From the NCBI GenBank assembly GCA_011109175.1, contig RDEW01000031.1, forward strand, positions 392,527 to 456,526: 64,000 nt of DNA, in the 5' to 3' direction. Positions 51,834-63,629 of this stretch are shown one piece after another. The position numbers and the translations under genes were made by a program. Origin of the DNA: Dicyema japonicum (Eukaryota > Animalia > Dicyemida). Under the pieces are notes generated by a model. It had not been told where the DNA came from. It did not search any database and worked only from the letters and a program-made list of their open reading frames with translations. Each line of letters starts with the position of its first letter. Position 1 is the stretch's first letter.

Positions 51834-54816
51834 CTCAATAATACTATAGTACTCAACAGCCGACATGCCGTGTGACTCGCCTACGTGGTGGCATCGCTCA
51901 CTTGCTGTGTTGGAAAAGAGTCGCAAACTCAATATCCCGGAACCATGCACGCGCGGATGATGTCGAGGAAAATACTGGACCAGATCTAGTCATATTACAA
52001 ATTAACATCAATGGTACCCGAACAAAAATTGCCGAACTACAACGCTTTCTCATAAAACACTCAATGGATATAGCTCTTCTCCAAGAGACGAAACTTATCC
52101 CACGGCGGCCAACACCCAACTTTCCAGGATACTCTGTTTTCAGGCGAGACTGAGGTCATGAAAAGAAAAGAGGCTTTATTACGTTAATCAGGAAACAAAT
52201 AATGCCCAGAAATATTTCGGACGACATTCTGAATCCCTTCCTCTAAGACGACACACTGGAACAACTAACTCTGAGAAACTTCCTACCCTCGTTCAGATTG
52301 ACAGTTGTCAAAATGTACATACCTCCTCCACCGTTAGCCCCAGTGGTTACAGCCCCGAACTCACACGATTTATCAGGTTGGAGAACACGCTTATTGGCGG
52401 TGACCTAAATGCGAAGAGTTCTCAATGGTATGCTGACCAACAACTGGATCAATTGGGAGCCCTCATATCCGACACTTTTGACGACTTGATCATTCTCAAT
52501 AATCCAAGCAAACACACAAGGACCCCTCTCCGTCGAGACGACAACCCTACTTTACCAGACATTTTTTTTGCTGTTACTTCTCTCGCGGCTGTTATTTCAT
52601 GGTATACTATATGCGACTTACATACCGACCATAACCCGATCTTCATGAAGATCCCACAAAAACATAAGTTAATGAACACTCCGAGAACCAATGTGAACTA
52701 CTCAAAGGCAATATGGGCCTCCTTGACACATTTTACCGAACTACTGCCTTTTGGATAGAGAACTTCGGATCTATCGACGCTGCTGTCAAATACCTCAACG
52801 AGATTATACTCCGAGCTCGCAAAAGATACATTCCGATGGGTCATCCTCAACGTCCATCACACCCAATTGATGCTGAAACGCGAGATCTAATTTAAACGAG
52901 AAATAAGCTGAAGAATTTCGAAAAACAATCAGTGGAAGTAATTGAAAGGATATCAAAACTGAACAAAGAAATCACGCGGAATATCACAAAACACAACAAA
53001 GAACGTTGGGAAGCCTTGCTCAGAAAAGCTGCGAACAATATTTCCCCTACTGTATTATGGAAATCGATAAGGATGCTCAAGAAGTGCTCTCCACATTTAA
53101 TTGGACATCGAGAGCCATATCCAAATCCCAATGACATTATGAAGTACTATGTGAATATTAGTCATAAACCATATTAAAAAGACTTGTATGTTCGTTCTGG
53201 CAATGGAGCCATATCCAAATCCCAATGACATTATGAAGTACTATGTGAATATTAGTCATAAATCATATTCAAAAGTCCTGGATGTTCGTTCTGGCAATGG
53301 CCGAAGGATTAAATGTCCCAACATGACTTTCATCGACCCTTCAATGATGCACTCAGTAATCAGGAAAATGAATAACTCGTTTTCCTGCGGTTCAGATAAC
53401 ATCTCCATTCTCGAACTGAAACACCTTTTGCGACGTCCGAAATAACACAAATTTTCAACCTCTCAATTCGAACAAGATTCCGTCAATATGGAAGAGATCT
53501 CTGATACACCCTATCCTGAAGAAAAACAAACTGCCCGTCTTCCTACCGCTCGGTACCCATCATCTGCGCCTTATGACGAGTGTTAGAAAAACTGGTCTTT
53601 CAAAAGATTTTTCCATTCATAACTCTACCATCTTTTCTACATGGATTCCGTGAAGGACACTCAACAACAACTTATCTAACAAAACTGGTTCAATTCATTC
53701 AGGACGGCATGAATACCTCAAATCCACACGAGAGAACCGTGCTGGTATCATTAAATGTAGAGAAGGCTTCTGACTCAGTATCTCGGAAGATCCTTACAGC
53801 AAAAATTTTTACGACGTCGATCCACCCAAATTCAGATCATGGCTGGCTAACTTCAACGGTCTAATGGGCGAGTGGTGGCGAACAACCAAAAATTAAAACT
53901 GCGATACCTTCCAAATGGAGTTCCACAAGGTTCACCGTTGTTTCCAATGCTCTTCAACATGTTCATCAGTGACCTACCATCCCCAACCACCAAAAATACA
54001 ATTCTTCTATGTTATGCGGATGATCTCGTGGTCGCAGTGAAACATGGAAGAATCGAGGAGGCGACACAAGACGTACAAGAGCTACTAAACTAGATGGGTC
54101 TTTGGTTCCTAAAAAATCGTCTGGATATATCACCAGAAAAGTCACATGTAATGACGTTTACCTTAGCACGAAAAGAATTACGGGCAACACCACGAATAAC
54201 ATTGTATGATTCCCCGCTTCCCATTAAGAAGACCTTTTCAATCCTTGGAGTCATCCTGGATCCCCTACTCACATTTACCCATCAAGTGGACCTAGTAACC
54301 GCGAGGATCCAAAAGAAAATTGGAATTCTCAAGACTTTCACGCACTCTCCAATATCTTCCCGCCCATCGTTAGAGCTTCTATACAAACAATTTGTTCTAC
54401 CTAGTATCGAGTACGCCTGTGCTGCATGGATTGCCCCTTTATTACTATCGGCACAGAGCAAGCTGGATGTTTTACAAAATCGATGTCTCAGAATTCTATT
54501 GAGATCGTCGAAAAAGACGTCCACCTCGTTACTACGGAGAACACTAAACGTCTCCCCAATCATGGAATATTTTACGGAACGTCACCGGGACTTCTTCAAG
54601 ATGGCAAAGTCCCTTGACCATCCCCTCGGGCCGAACATCAAACTATATATGGACGCCTGCCCGAGATATGAGAAGAAACCTTAGCCGCTGTAGAGATTAA
54701 TTCAGGATTCCAAAGCTAACTGCAGGAAAAAGACTGGTATGTACACCGAGATCACTTAATTATACGATAACTTTTATCCTCTTTCTCGTAATTTCGGGAT
54801 TAATAAAATGAATGAA
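51834..54816 (+). mobile_element. Near full-length Ingi/Vingi-like LINE family B (2A-APE-RT), decayed
   Basis: DVEENTGP then ILQININGT, QETK, GDLNAK, DHNPI; GVPQGSPL and YADD; 3' hairpin; possible TSD TAAATTTTTT at 51824-51833 and 54817-54826. Confidence 0.9.
51864..51924 (+). ncRNA. Putative decayed HDV-like ribozyme at LINE 5' end
   Basis: P1 AUGCC/GGCAU, P2 GUGACUC/GAGUCGC, P3 GCC/GGU and P4 CAC/GUG in HDV order; G1 and catalytic C are missing. Confidence 0.45.
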
Positions 54817-54851
54817 TAAATTTTTTAATATTATTTCTAAATCTTGTTTAT

Positions 54852-55151
54852 TTCCGGGTGGCGTAGTGGTTAGGTGTCGGGTTAAAAGTGATTTAGGTTA
54901 CGGGTTCGATTCTGGTGGAAGGTTCCACTCATCTACGATGCAGAAAAAGTTTGACGAGTGACGCCGTCATCAGTGGATACTCACTGCGGAACTGGATTGT
55001 CTAGAAAGGACCCACACACAAGAAAAAGAAAAAAGAAGTGAAGATCACTCTTTGGATCTACGATTAGTTAAAAATTAACTGTTCTTTATTTAAATAAAGT
55101 GTGCGTCCTGCCTATACGGAGCTATAAATACTATGGAAAAGGCTTTATTAT
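54852..55151 (+). mobile_element. tRNA-derived SINE family 1, full length
   Basis: A box TGGCGTAGTGG, B box GGTTCGATTC; 14-bp TSD TAAATCTTGTTTAT at 54838-54851 and 55152-55165; short (TAT)n tail. Confidence 0.85.
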
Positions 55152-57399
55152 TAAATCTTGTTTATCCATGTCACGTGCTTCTTCTGGAAGTAAAACGGTG
55201 TTTGAAAGATGAACAGAGAGTGTTTCAAGATAAATGTAAACTTGTATATTTTTGCACAAAGGTTGATGGAAAAATACATTGTTTGAAATGTCAATATACC
55301 GAAAGAATACAACCTAAAAAGGCATTATCAATCTAATCATCGATCATACAATTATTTCGAAGGTATTTCCTTGTCAACCAAGAAGGACCAATGTGTGTTT
55401 CAAAGCTAAACGAATTGCGAAAAAAATTAGTACTGCATCAGTTACCGAAATAATTCTATTTATGGAAATGAAAGGCAAAAACCCAGACAAATTCAATCTT
55501 GGATCAAAGTTTTGGCATTTGTAGTGGATATTATCATACATATGAACGACCTTAAATTATAATTGCAGAGCAAAGACAAACTCATAACTCAGTTGTCAGA
55601 TGAAATCAAAAAATTATGGAAGTCTCAGCTATTAAATGAAGATTTAGTTTATTTTCCTACGTGCAAAGAGCTCAGGAGTACTGTTGGTGCACATTCTGTA
55701 ATGAATTCTTCCCAGTATGAAAAACAGTTGTAATCGTTGTTAACGGAATTTCAAGAATTAAACGAAAAATTTAGTGCTTATCAGTTAAAATTTAGTCACA
55801 TTTTTGTAATTCGGCTTATTAAATAATAATTTGGTTTCTATGCACTGACATTCTTTCCCCGCATTCCGCATCCCTTAGTAATTTTTGATTTCCCACTTTC
55901 ATGTAAACTTCAGACTCCTAAAACGTGATATTCTTTGGGAGGGGTCTCATCCTGTACCTATCCTTTCTATCATTCGTCTCAGGAATAATCTTATTCATTT
56001 GATTGATTTTTATAAATATTAATTTTTTAAGGGACTTTATGGTTTTATTATAAAATGAATAAAAATTAAATTAAGGCATCTGAATGGCCATGCTATTTCC
56101 CCTAACAATAGCCAACGAGATACGTTCTCGGAACCAACCAGTCTCTCGCGGATCCTTGGTCAATATTAATTTAATCTAATAAGTTTATAATTATGTATAA
56201 ATAGGCTTACCACTTTATTATTCTAGAAATCCGGTCAAAAAATTAAAAGAATTAAAATTATCATAACTTTTTGACCCTCCTTATTTCGGTATTCGTTACT
56301 GAATATTTTTTCGTTGAAATTTGGTCGTATAAGGGATATGTTAGCGGCGATTGTGTCCCCGTCGTGGCGTTTTAAAATCACCATCTTTAATTTCTTCTTA
56401 TTTCCATCTACGGTTTTTCATTTTTTTCGCCTGATTTGACAATTCTTCGTTTTTCTTGTCCCTCTAATTTTTTTCGAGGCGATGAAGAATGTACTAATAC
56501 TTTCTCGTTTTCATCTTGGCCGTCAAAGTCCAGTAGCGCTTCTAATTCGCCTTTTTATATTTTTTAGAAAGATTCACATTGAAAAAAATTTCCAATGGTC
56601 TTTGTTTAGTTGTATCGTGGACAGGATGGTTATGATAGATGTAACTACTGGTTTAGTCGCAAGCATTCGCTTAGACTAAAATTGTTAGAATTAATAATTT
56701 ACCTGACAACAACCACATTTAGATACCACAGTAGCCACTTCACTACGTCTTGCACCATAAAAGGTAATTGACAATAAACTGTCCAAAGTGATTTAAATTA
56801 TACTGAGTCTAATTTTAATCAACAAATATACAACTTCAATGTATTTTAGTTTTAACTCAGTTTCCTCAATACAAAAGAATCGCAACTCTCGACCATTTAT
56901 AGTGATGTAGACCGCGGATTCCTTGAAACTGAGACTTTGAGCATATCGTTTGATTTTTGCTAGTTGTCCCGGTTCACTGAAAATTTTTCAATTGCTTCTC
57001 ATGTTAATTCCACTAGGACCATATTTTGTAATTGATATTTTCAAAAAAACTATATAATAAGTTTTATTTTTTATTATTAATAATTTCTTCTAATGAAATG
57101 TGTGTGAAAAAAAATATTTTTACGTATTATGAGCATCGACCTTGCAGCTCTGGCTTCTAGCAACTCTGGACTGAGACAATGTTTGAACTGAATAAACTTT
57201 ATCTAGAAATTTTAATAGTCATTTTTGATTATGATAATCAGAAATTGCTAAATAATAAATACGATTATCTGGACATTCCGGGACATTTAAATCCGAGACA
57301 AGGCTCCAAATCCGGGACGGATGGTAAGTCTATGTAAAAATCATGATTTTTTCAATGAATTTTATAAAAAGACCCACAAAAGACTCTTGCCCGGTATGG

Positions 57400-58400
57400 A
57401 CGGTGACAATATTTATTAAAACAAGATTAATTTTTTATTCTTTGATAAAAAATCTATTATTTTCATGTTGTTTTCTTTTTTTTCGTAGTGAAGAACAATA
57501 TCGTTTTTAAATCTGTGGTTTATAAACATTTTCATGTGTTTTTTTTGTTTTAATAAATTAAAAAGCATTGTGGAGACACGTTCCATATCTTTTATAACTT
57601 TATACTCTAAATGTTCCACTGTGTCTTGCTGCTATCTTCGTTACCGCTATGATCACCAAAGTTGCATTTTCCAAAATATCCTGATTAACATCTTGTGTGT
57701 GGGTCCTTTCTAGACAATCCCGTTCCGCAGTGAGTATCCACTGATGACGGCGTCACTCGTCAAACCCTTTTAGCATCGTAGATGCGTGGAACTTTTACCA
57801 GGTGAACAGCAGCGAGAATCGAACTCGTAACCTAAGCCACTTTAGCCCGACACCTAACCACTATGCCACCTGGCTCTCAGGACCCACACACAAGAAAAAG
57901 AAGTGAAGATCATTCCTTGGTTCTACGATTAGTTAAAATTAACTTTTCTTTACTTAAATAAAGTGTGTGTCCTGCCTATGCGGAGCTATAAATACTATGG
58001 CTCTCGTGAATAGGGTGTTATTATTATCCTGATTAACATGATATTGTGATCTTGTAATCCCTTTATAGCTTCATCTATTTGAACTGAGTTTTAAAATGAT
58101 TTTAATATCCTGATCACAAGGCAACATTAAAGAAGTCGTATTTATGAAAAAAATATGTTTGAATATTGGATAAAATTAGCATAATTTCATTATCCATCAG
58201 TAATGCAATTTTTTTCCCTCAGTAACATCTTCATAAATATTTTTTGAGCATCATATTCAATGGCTTTTAGATTTACTCCTCTCAACTCTCTTGCGACTTT
58301 GCAATATTATAAGCGGTTCATATTTTTCACCAGTGTAGCTGCATCATAAAAGAAGTGAAAGGCGTTTTATTTTATTTCCTTGGATTCACTTTTTTAACAA
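57400..58400 (-). mobile_element. pogo/Tigger-like transposase remnant interrupted by SINE1
   Basis: NTTSLMLPCDQDI resembles the DDE_1 motif PNTTSxLQPxDQG. Confidence 0.45.
57692..58024. mobile_element. SINE family 1 with inverted 5' half
   Basis: 57692-57872 is the reverse complement of head and body, about 57878-58024 is the forward 3' part; 15-bp TSD TATCCTGATTAACAT at 57677-57691 and 58025-58039. Confidence 0.85.
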
Positions 58401-59225
58401 AACTTTTTTTGACAGATTTATAAAAAATTTCAGTTTTATCAAAATTTAAATTTTTTCTTGTTCATCTTTAAGTCAATCACTTAATTTTTATCGAAAGTTT
58501 TCTGTCTTGAAGGGTTTTGAATTTTATATTAAATTGTCTCTTAAATTGGTGGAGTTACCCATTTGATGCAAAAAAAGTCGTCATTAAAAAGTCTATTCCA
58601 ATTTTGCATGCATCAAGTTTAAATGTTGGTCCATTAGTCGAGAAACCCCTGCATCTCAGAACGAAAAACTTGATAAACTTCCATATTTATTTGGTACCCA
58701 TTCACTCAATTTGACGTAGAGCAGACTTCATATGGGATTTCTTCTCTTCGTTTTTTTTAAATGTCATACTTTTTACGAATAAATGCATCTTTATATAGGT
58801 TTATAAAGAGGTTTCCCCCGCAGGGTTTCCCCAAAACAAAATCGTAGTGTACTTCAACAAGACAGATAACATATTACATCGGATTACTCTTTTTGAGTTC
58901 TAAAAGTGGAAAAGATGTATTGTGCTGTGGGTAAATCTATTTATTCAATTCTCCAAGTTGAATCGACATCCATTCCAAACGACAACTCGGGATGGGGAAA
59001 GATTCTAGCACGTTGAATATTCATTTTGTATAGGGGGATGTTTGCCTGGTGGACTTAAACCTTCACTAAATTCACCACGTGGTTAACTCACCTATCAGAA
59101 ATATTCCGCTAAAAGTGATTAAACCTCAAAGTTAATTCAACACAAAAAAGTTTAGTTTAAAATCTTAAGTAGCAAAAAAGTCATTTAAACAGAAATTACT
59201 CCATTCGTGGCCCTGAAAATGATCC

Positions 59226-60006
59226 TCAGGTCTTACTCTTTCTCAAGTCAAATGCCTGCTTATGTCCCCGTCGTTTGGCTCGTTTACGAAAAGAATTAGT
59301 GAAAACTCCTCTGGCGTTGCCAAAATTCGGATTTCCGTGAATTCTGTAGTAGTCACTCCTCGATTCAGCTCCGAACGACTTCTTGTCGGCTTAGAACTTA
59401 TCAAATTACCTAACATTTCAATTTCAGTCTAATTTCCATATTGGATTCGCCTCCACTTACGCGACACAACCGAAACGATTCGAAGTCTTCGACCTCCTTC
59501 AAGTCTTCCTCACAGAGGGACTCGTATAGTTCGGCAACCTGCGTTGGGGACGGGAACAATACGTTGCCTGCAATCACGGAAATCAAAAAACAGGAATTAT
59601 CGTCAATCCATTCGACTTCAGCGGGATAAAACTGCTCAAACACATCAAAAACGTCTTTCGTGGACATTCTATAGACACCGACCACGTGGATAGCGTTGGA
59701 GATCACATCATTCTTGTTTATATATGATTTCGAACAGAAAATTCTTAAATAAAAGCACGAATATTAAACTTTGGTAGTATTGCATTGAACAATGTATATT
59801 GGCCGTCCTCGTCTACCTGGGAGAGAGTGATAGGCTTGTGAATAATATTATAGAGGTCAAAGTTTGGGTTGAGGTACCGTTTCTAAATGACTGAGTTTAA
59901 TTACTCGATTCAGAGTCAATTCTTCGATTTGTGGTTGAATGACCTCATTATTTTCGGGATTTTCATTAATGATGAGATTTTCCTCACATGAAGCACTTTC
60001 AGGCAT
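59226..60006 (-). CDS. NCBP3: Nuclear cap-binding protein subunit 3, 4 introns of 22-26 nt
   Basis: AIHVVGVYRMSTKDVF...YPAEVEWIDDNSCNV and SDKK.FGA.SRSDYYRIHGNPNFG match the NCBP3/DUF2414 core; the termini are less certain. Confidence 0.85.
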
Positions 60007-60099
60007 TATTTAAAATAATCAAATAAAAAATTAAAAAACAAATGAATTTTAATAATAATATTCACGTTACATATCGCTTAATAATAAATTATAATCATC

Positions 60100-60600
60100 A
60101 ACCTGGACCTACGCCTCTGGAGGTCCTTATGAGACTTGAATCCAGATCACGGGAAGTTGGGCCTGAAAATTCATGCAGCCGTTCTGTACGTTCATGCGCG
60201 GGCACGAAGGAAGAACGACGGGCAAAGATGAGGTCTCTGTTAGAATGCATCGGGATCACGTTATAATTAGTTTTGCTTTACCGTGGTCTTGGGTTAAATT
60301 AATAAAAAAATAAAATAAAACACTATGCCCAGTTCGCAGTTTTTTTTGAAGATCTCTCTTCTTTCTGGTGGTGTCATTAGATCCATCTTACTGAGGAGAC
60401 ATCCAATTTTTGGCCGGCATTCAATCGGATCCATCTCTATTTCACTTGCTGACTATTTCGCTCCCTGATGAGTTCTGGAATCGACCTTAGCTTCCCAGAA
60501 ATTGTCTTCTGGATCACTGTGCTTGGATGAAGGCTTTACTGGAACATCACGTGTCAAAGTCACGGGATTAGTTATTTTGCTTTACCCTTGGTCTTTATCG
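60100..60600 (+). mobile_element. Two tandem LINE 3'-end fragments
   Basis: 60100-60320 ends ...IGIT with hairpin and A-rich tail; 60370-60600 is homologous to 62470-62640. Confidence 0.65.
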
Positions 60601-61519
60601 GATTTAACTAAAGTCTTAGTATCCTTATCGATCCATGACTCAGCAGGTGGGGCGGGAAAATCAGATAGTTTTATAATATTGGCACGTGTGAAATTGTAAT
60701 AAACATAATATGTCGAAAGCCGAAATCGATTTCAATAATTGTCAAAAAATAAAATAAATCAATTTTTTTCAAAACGATAAAAACTAATCACAGTTAACTA
60801 TTTTTAGCTGTCTAAAATTAACTTTCGTCACTGAACCTTTTTTATGTTGAACGTATATAACTCAAATCGTCAAATTGTTTCAGTGGCACTGCGAAATTGA
60901 AAACATTGCTGTCATTTACCACTTACAAATAATGCATCTTTTAATTCTGCAAATCTCCTTCGACAAAACGAGGCATTATGTCTACAATTATTTGTCTGGT
61001 TAATTTCTCGAGCAATAGTTCGCATTTCTTCTGTGCCTGTTGGTGTTGTCACAAACTTGTGGCGTCTGTCAACTACTTTGAGATAAAGCTTTCCGTTAAT
61101 TATAATACAATTTTCAGTTTTCTTTTTTGTCGGTACTTCTTAACTTTCGTAATATTTACATTAATACATTGCAAGATATCCTTGTGAGTTGATCGAAAAT
61201 CTATCAGTATTTTTTCTAACAGACTTAATCCTTTCAATGAGTATGATTGAACGTGTCGTCACAATAGGTAACATGACAATTGATTGCACGTTAGTATTTC
61301 TCAAAAAACTTGAAGAATTACAAAATAAAATCAATAAAAGTTTAACTTTATTGATCTAAAAAATTAAATTTTGAATTTTTTAGCCTAGCTAACAGTATCG
61401 GATCGCGAAGAGGAAAAATGATAGGATAGCTCAATGAGCCCTTGCAATCGTCAGTAGAAATGCGTTCTCAATCATGAGAGCAGCCAGTTATTGATAACTG
61501 TTAGTTGCCTTTAATTGGC

Positions 61520-61870
61520 TTAATATATAATTTTTATAATCCTGCTGAGGAAATTGAGTGGCTTTTTCACCTGACAAATTCCAGAGAAATCCTTTGGAAC
61601 AGCCACTCGGTTTCCCGACGTTGGATACCATGGACCCAACCGATCTTAGGAAAGATACCATTTTGGGCCCAAAGACTTTGCTCGTCTTGACGACTACGGG
61701 CTGTACATAGAATCTTGTTGAGAGGTTGTCATATTCTCTTATTTTTTTAATTCTCGAAAGTTCGAGCAGTCACTCCAGCTTTTTAAAGCGGAGCCTGAAA
61801 GTCTGAGAAAAGGTGTCGGTGCAGGACCCATCCTAAATCTTGCACTTCCCTGAGAGAAAGGGAAGATTAT
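61520..61870 (-). mobile_element. CRE-clade retrotransposon RLE/C-terminal fragment
   Basis: YDNLSTRFYVQPVVVKTSKVFGP...ETEWLFQRISL aligns with ORF 23657-24007. Confidence 0.65.
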
Positions 61871-62469
61871 TTAAAACAGCATTTATTAACTTTTGATGCA
61901 ACTTAAAAAACAGCTTTCCACCTCTAAGCTGCATTGCACATTAAAAGTTAATAAAATTCCTGACAACTCAAATACGTGAAGATGCAATGTCATATTTGAA
62001 ATCCACATATATGAATTACCTTCGGGTTTAAGACAACAACCACATGCTCCTCAGTAGCACACATCTCAAATCTTCTAATGAATATGCAGGACCATTAAAT
62101 TTGTATTTTGAAAATAAAACCTTAATTGAAAAATATGAGCATGCGGACAGAAACGAGACACTGAGTATGATTGACAGTTATAAAGACACTAAAAAATTTA
62201 GTTCAGTATAAACTATTTTTTTTAATTTTTATAGATTTTGGGTCACCAAAATATGAGAAACGCTGATCTTAAAGGACTCACACGTAACAAAAAGAAATAA
62301 GTTAAGAGCAGAATAAGTTAGAGGTTCAATTAGACAAGGCGCTCTCGGAGTTGTTTCAGCAACCAGAATCGAACCTGCCTGAGGAGGCTGGCGAACAGGC
62401 AGGCGAGGAAGGTTGTTGATTAAATATATTAACTTTTTTATTGTTTGTTAAATAAAGTGGGATTAAAAA

Positions 62470-62695
62470 TTTCCAAAGACCAAGGGTAACCAAACTAACT
62501 AGCTCCTCGATCCTGACTCGTTCCAGCATTTCAGAACTTGTCATTAGGTAACGACATTGTCCCCAGGAAAGAATTGTTGGATCCTCTTGATGCTGGCCAG
62601 GCATTGGGAGCATCCTCAGTAAGGTGGATCCAGTGACGCTAAGGAAGGAAAATAATTTTGACAAACTATTCACGTAGCACCACATGGCGCCACAC
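62470..62695 (-). repeat. LINE-tailed ~230-bp repeat, copy upstream of ACP
   Basis: Direct repeat of 63630-63850; ends in the LINE 3' hairpin. Confidence 0.7.
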
Positions 62696-62764
62696 GTTTT
62701 GATAATTAATCGAGAAATGATGCAAAGAAATGAGAATTGTTACTTCTTTTTGTTGCGTGAGCCC

Positions 62765-62860
62765 ATGAAAAAATCCTGTCAGCAGTGATGAACTACCATG
62801 ATGGCGTCACTAGTCAATACAAAAAACATCGTAGATGGGTGGAACTTCTATTTAAACCAG
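62765..62860 (-). mobile_element. SINE family 1 fragment
   Basis: GATGGCGTCACTAGTCAA...CATCGTAGATGGGTGGAAC matches the SINE1 body. Confidence 0.5.
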
Positions 62861-62909
62861 TGACCATCTGGATTTTGTCCGGAACGTCTGAAATTAGAAT
62901 TATTTATTT

Positions 62910-63075
62910 AGAACCCCGGGATCAGCGAAAAGAAAAAAAGAAAAAACGTCAGACATATGTAATCCCGGTTCCCGTAATCAATTGAGCCATCCAACGTCTT
63001 TGGTCTTCCATTGTTCCCGCAATCCTGCAGAGGAATCCGGTTGGGAAAGAGATCTTTTTAACCAATCGGGTTTCT
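62910..63075 (-). mobile_element. LINE family A 3' end
   Basis: FPTGFLC...MEDQRRWMAQLITGTGIT followed by hairpin and GGGGTT. Confidence 0.7.
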
Positions 63076-63160
63076 TTAAAATTTATTATTTTATTTATTT
63101 TTGTTTTTGATAATAAATAAATTAAATTAAAAATGAATAAATTCAATTTGAATAATCGGC

Positions 63161-63564
63161 ATGGTTTTTATGTTCGCACGTAGTCTTTTACGCATGATGG
63201 GGAGAACCGTCAAAATTAGTCCACCTCACGGAAAAACTTTATATCAGCAAATGGTATTTCGATGGGGATATCTTAGAATAAATCTTTGCTGCAAAGTCCG
63301 AGGGTTTTTCTGTGCTCCGCTGGAACAAATAGGGAAATTGTAAAAGAGAAGGTTTTCCAGGCTTTATATGAATTCGATAAAATTGAGAGAGACAAAGTCA
63401 CTTTGGATTCACACTTTGTGAACGACTTGGGGTTGGACTCTCTGGATCAGGTCGAAGTTATAATGAAGATGGAGGAGGTCTTTAAATATGAGATTCCTGA
63501 TCAAGATGCCGAACAACTACATACTCCCGGTGATGTTATCGAGTATGTCCTTAACAAATCATGA
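63161..63564 (+). CDS. NDUFAB1: Mitochondrial acyl carrier protein; one 23-nt intron (63254-63276)
   Basis: Arg-rich presequence-like N-terminus; SHFVNDLGLDSLDQVEVIM...EIPDQDAE with the phosphopantetheine DSL serine. Confidence 0.9.
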
Positions 63565-63629
63565 CTTTTTGTTCTTCCCTGTTAGCTCTTTGTTTTAATC
63601 TTCTTAATTTTATTAAATTAAAATTATTT

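Larger units (their letters stand above)
51723..55800 (+). mobile_element. hAT (SPIN/GTF2IRD2-like) element hosting a LINE and a SINE
   Basis: TIR-like CAGAGGTGTCAAAC at 51723; transposase remnant KRCLKDEQRVFQDK...GKIHCLKC at 55170-55800; right TIR not found. Confidence 0.55.

Noticed and set aside
53110-53300. About 95-bp tandem duplication inside LINE B
   Set aside because: A local slippage or assembly event in a dead element with no functional signal
54856-54925. Possible tRNA gene
   Set aside because: A and B boxes are present but there is no valid anticodon loop or acceptor geometry; it is the head of a TSD-flanked SINE
57735-57770. Hammerhead ribozyme (CTGATGA in the SINE1 antisense strand; also near 33204, 49590, 60464)
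   Set aside because: No GAAA after stem II and no stem I/III with an NUH site
8690-60006. NMD-type bias (3n introns always containing a stop)
   Set aside because: Only 6 of 9 inferred 3n introns have an in-frame stop, which is unremarkable for AT-rich introns ending in TAG
60940-61190. Integrase zinc-binding-like segment on the minus strand (NGKLYLK...EEMRTIARE)
   Set aside because: No HHCC or DDE core was found, so it is too weak to call
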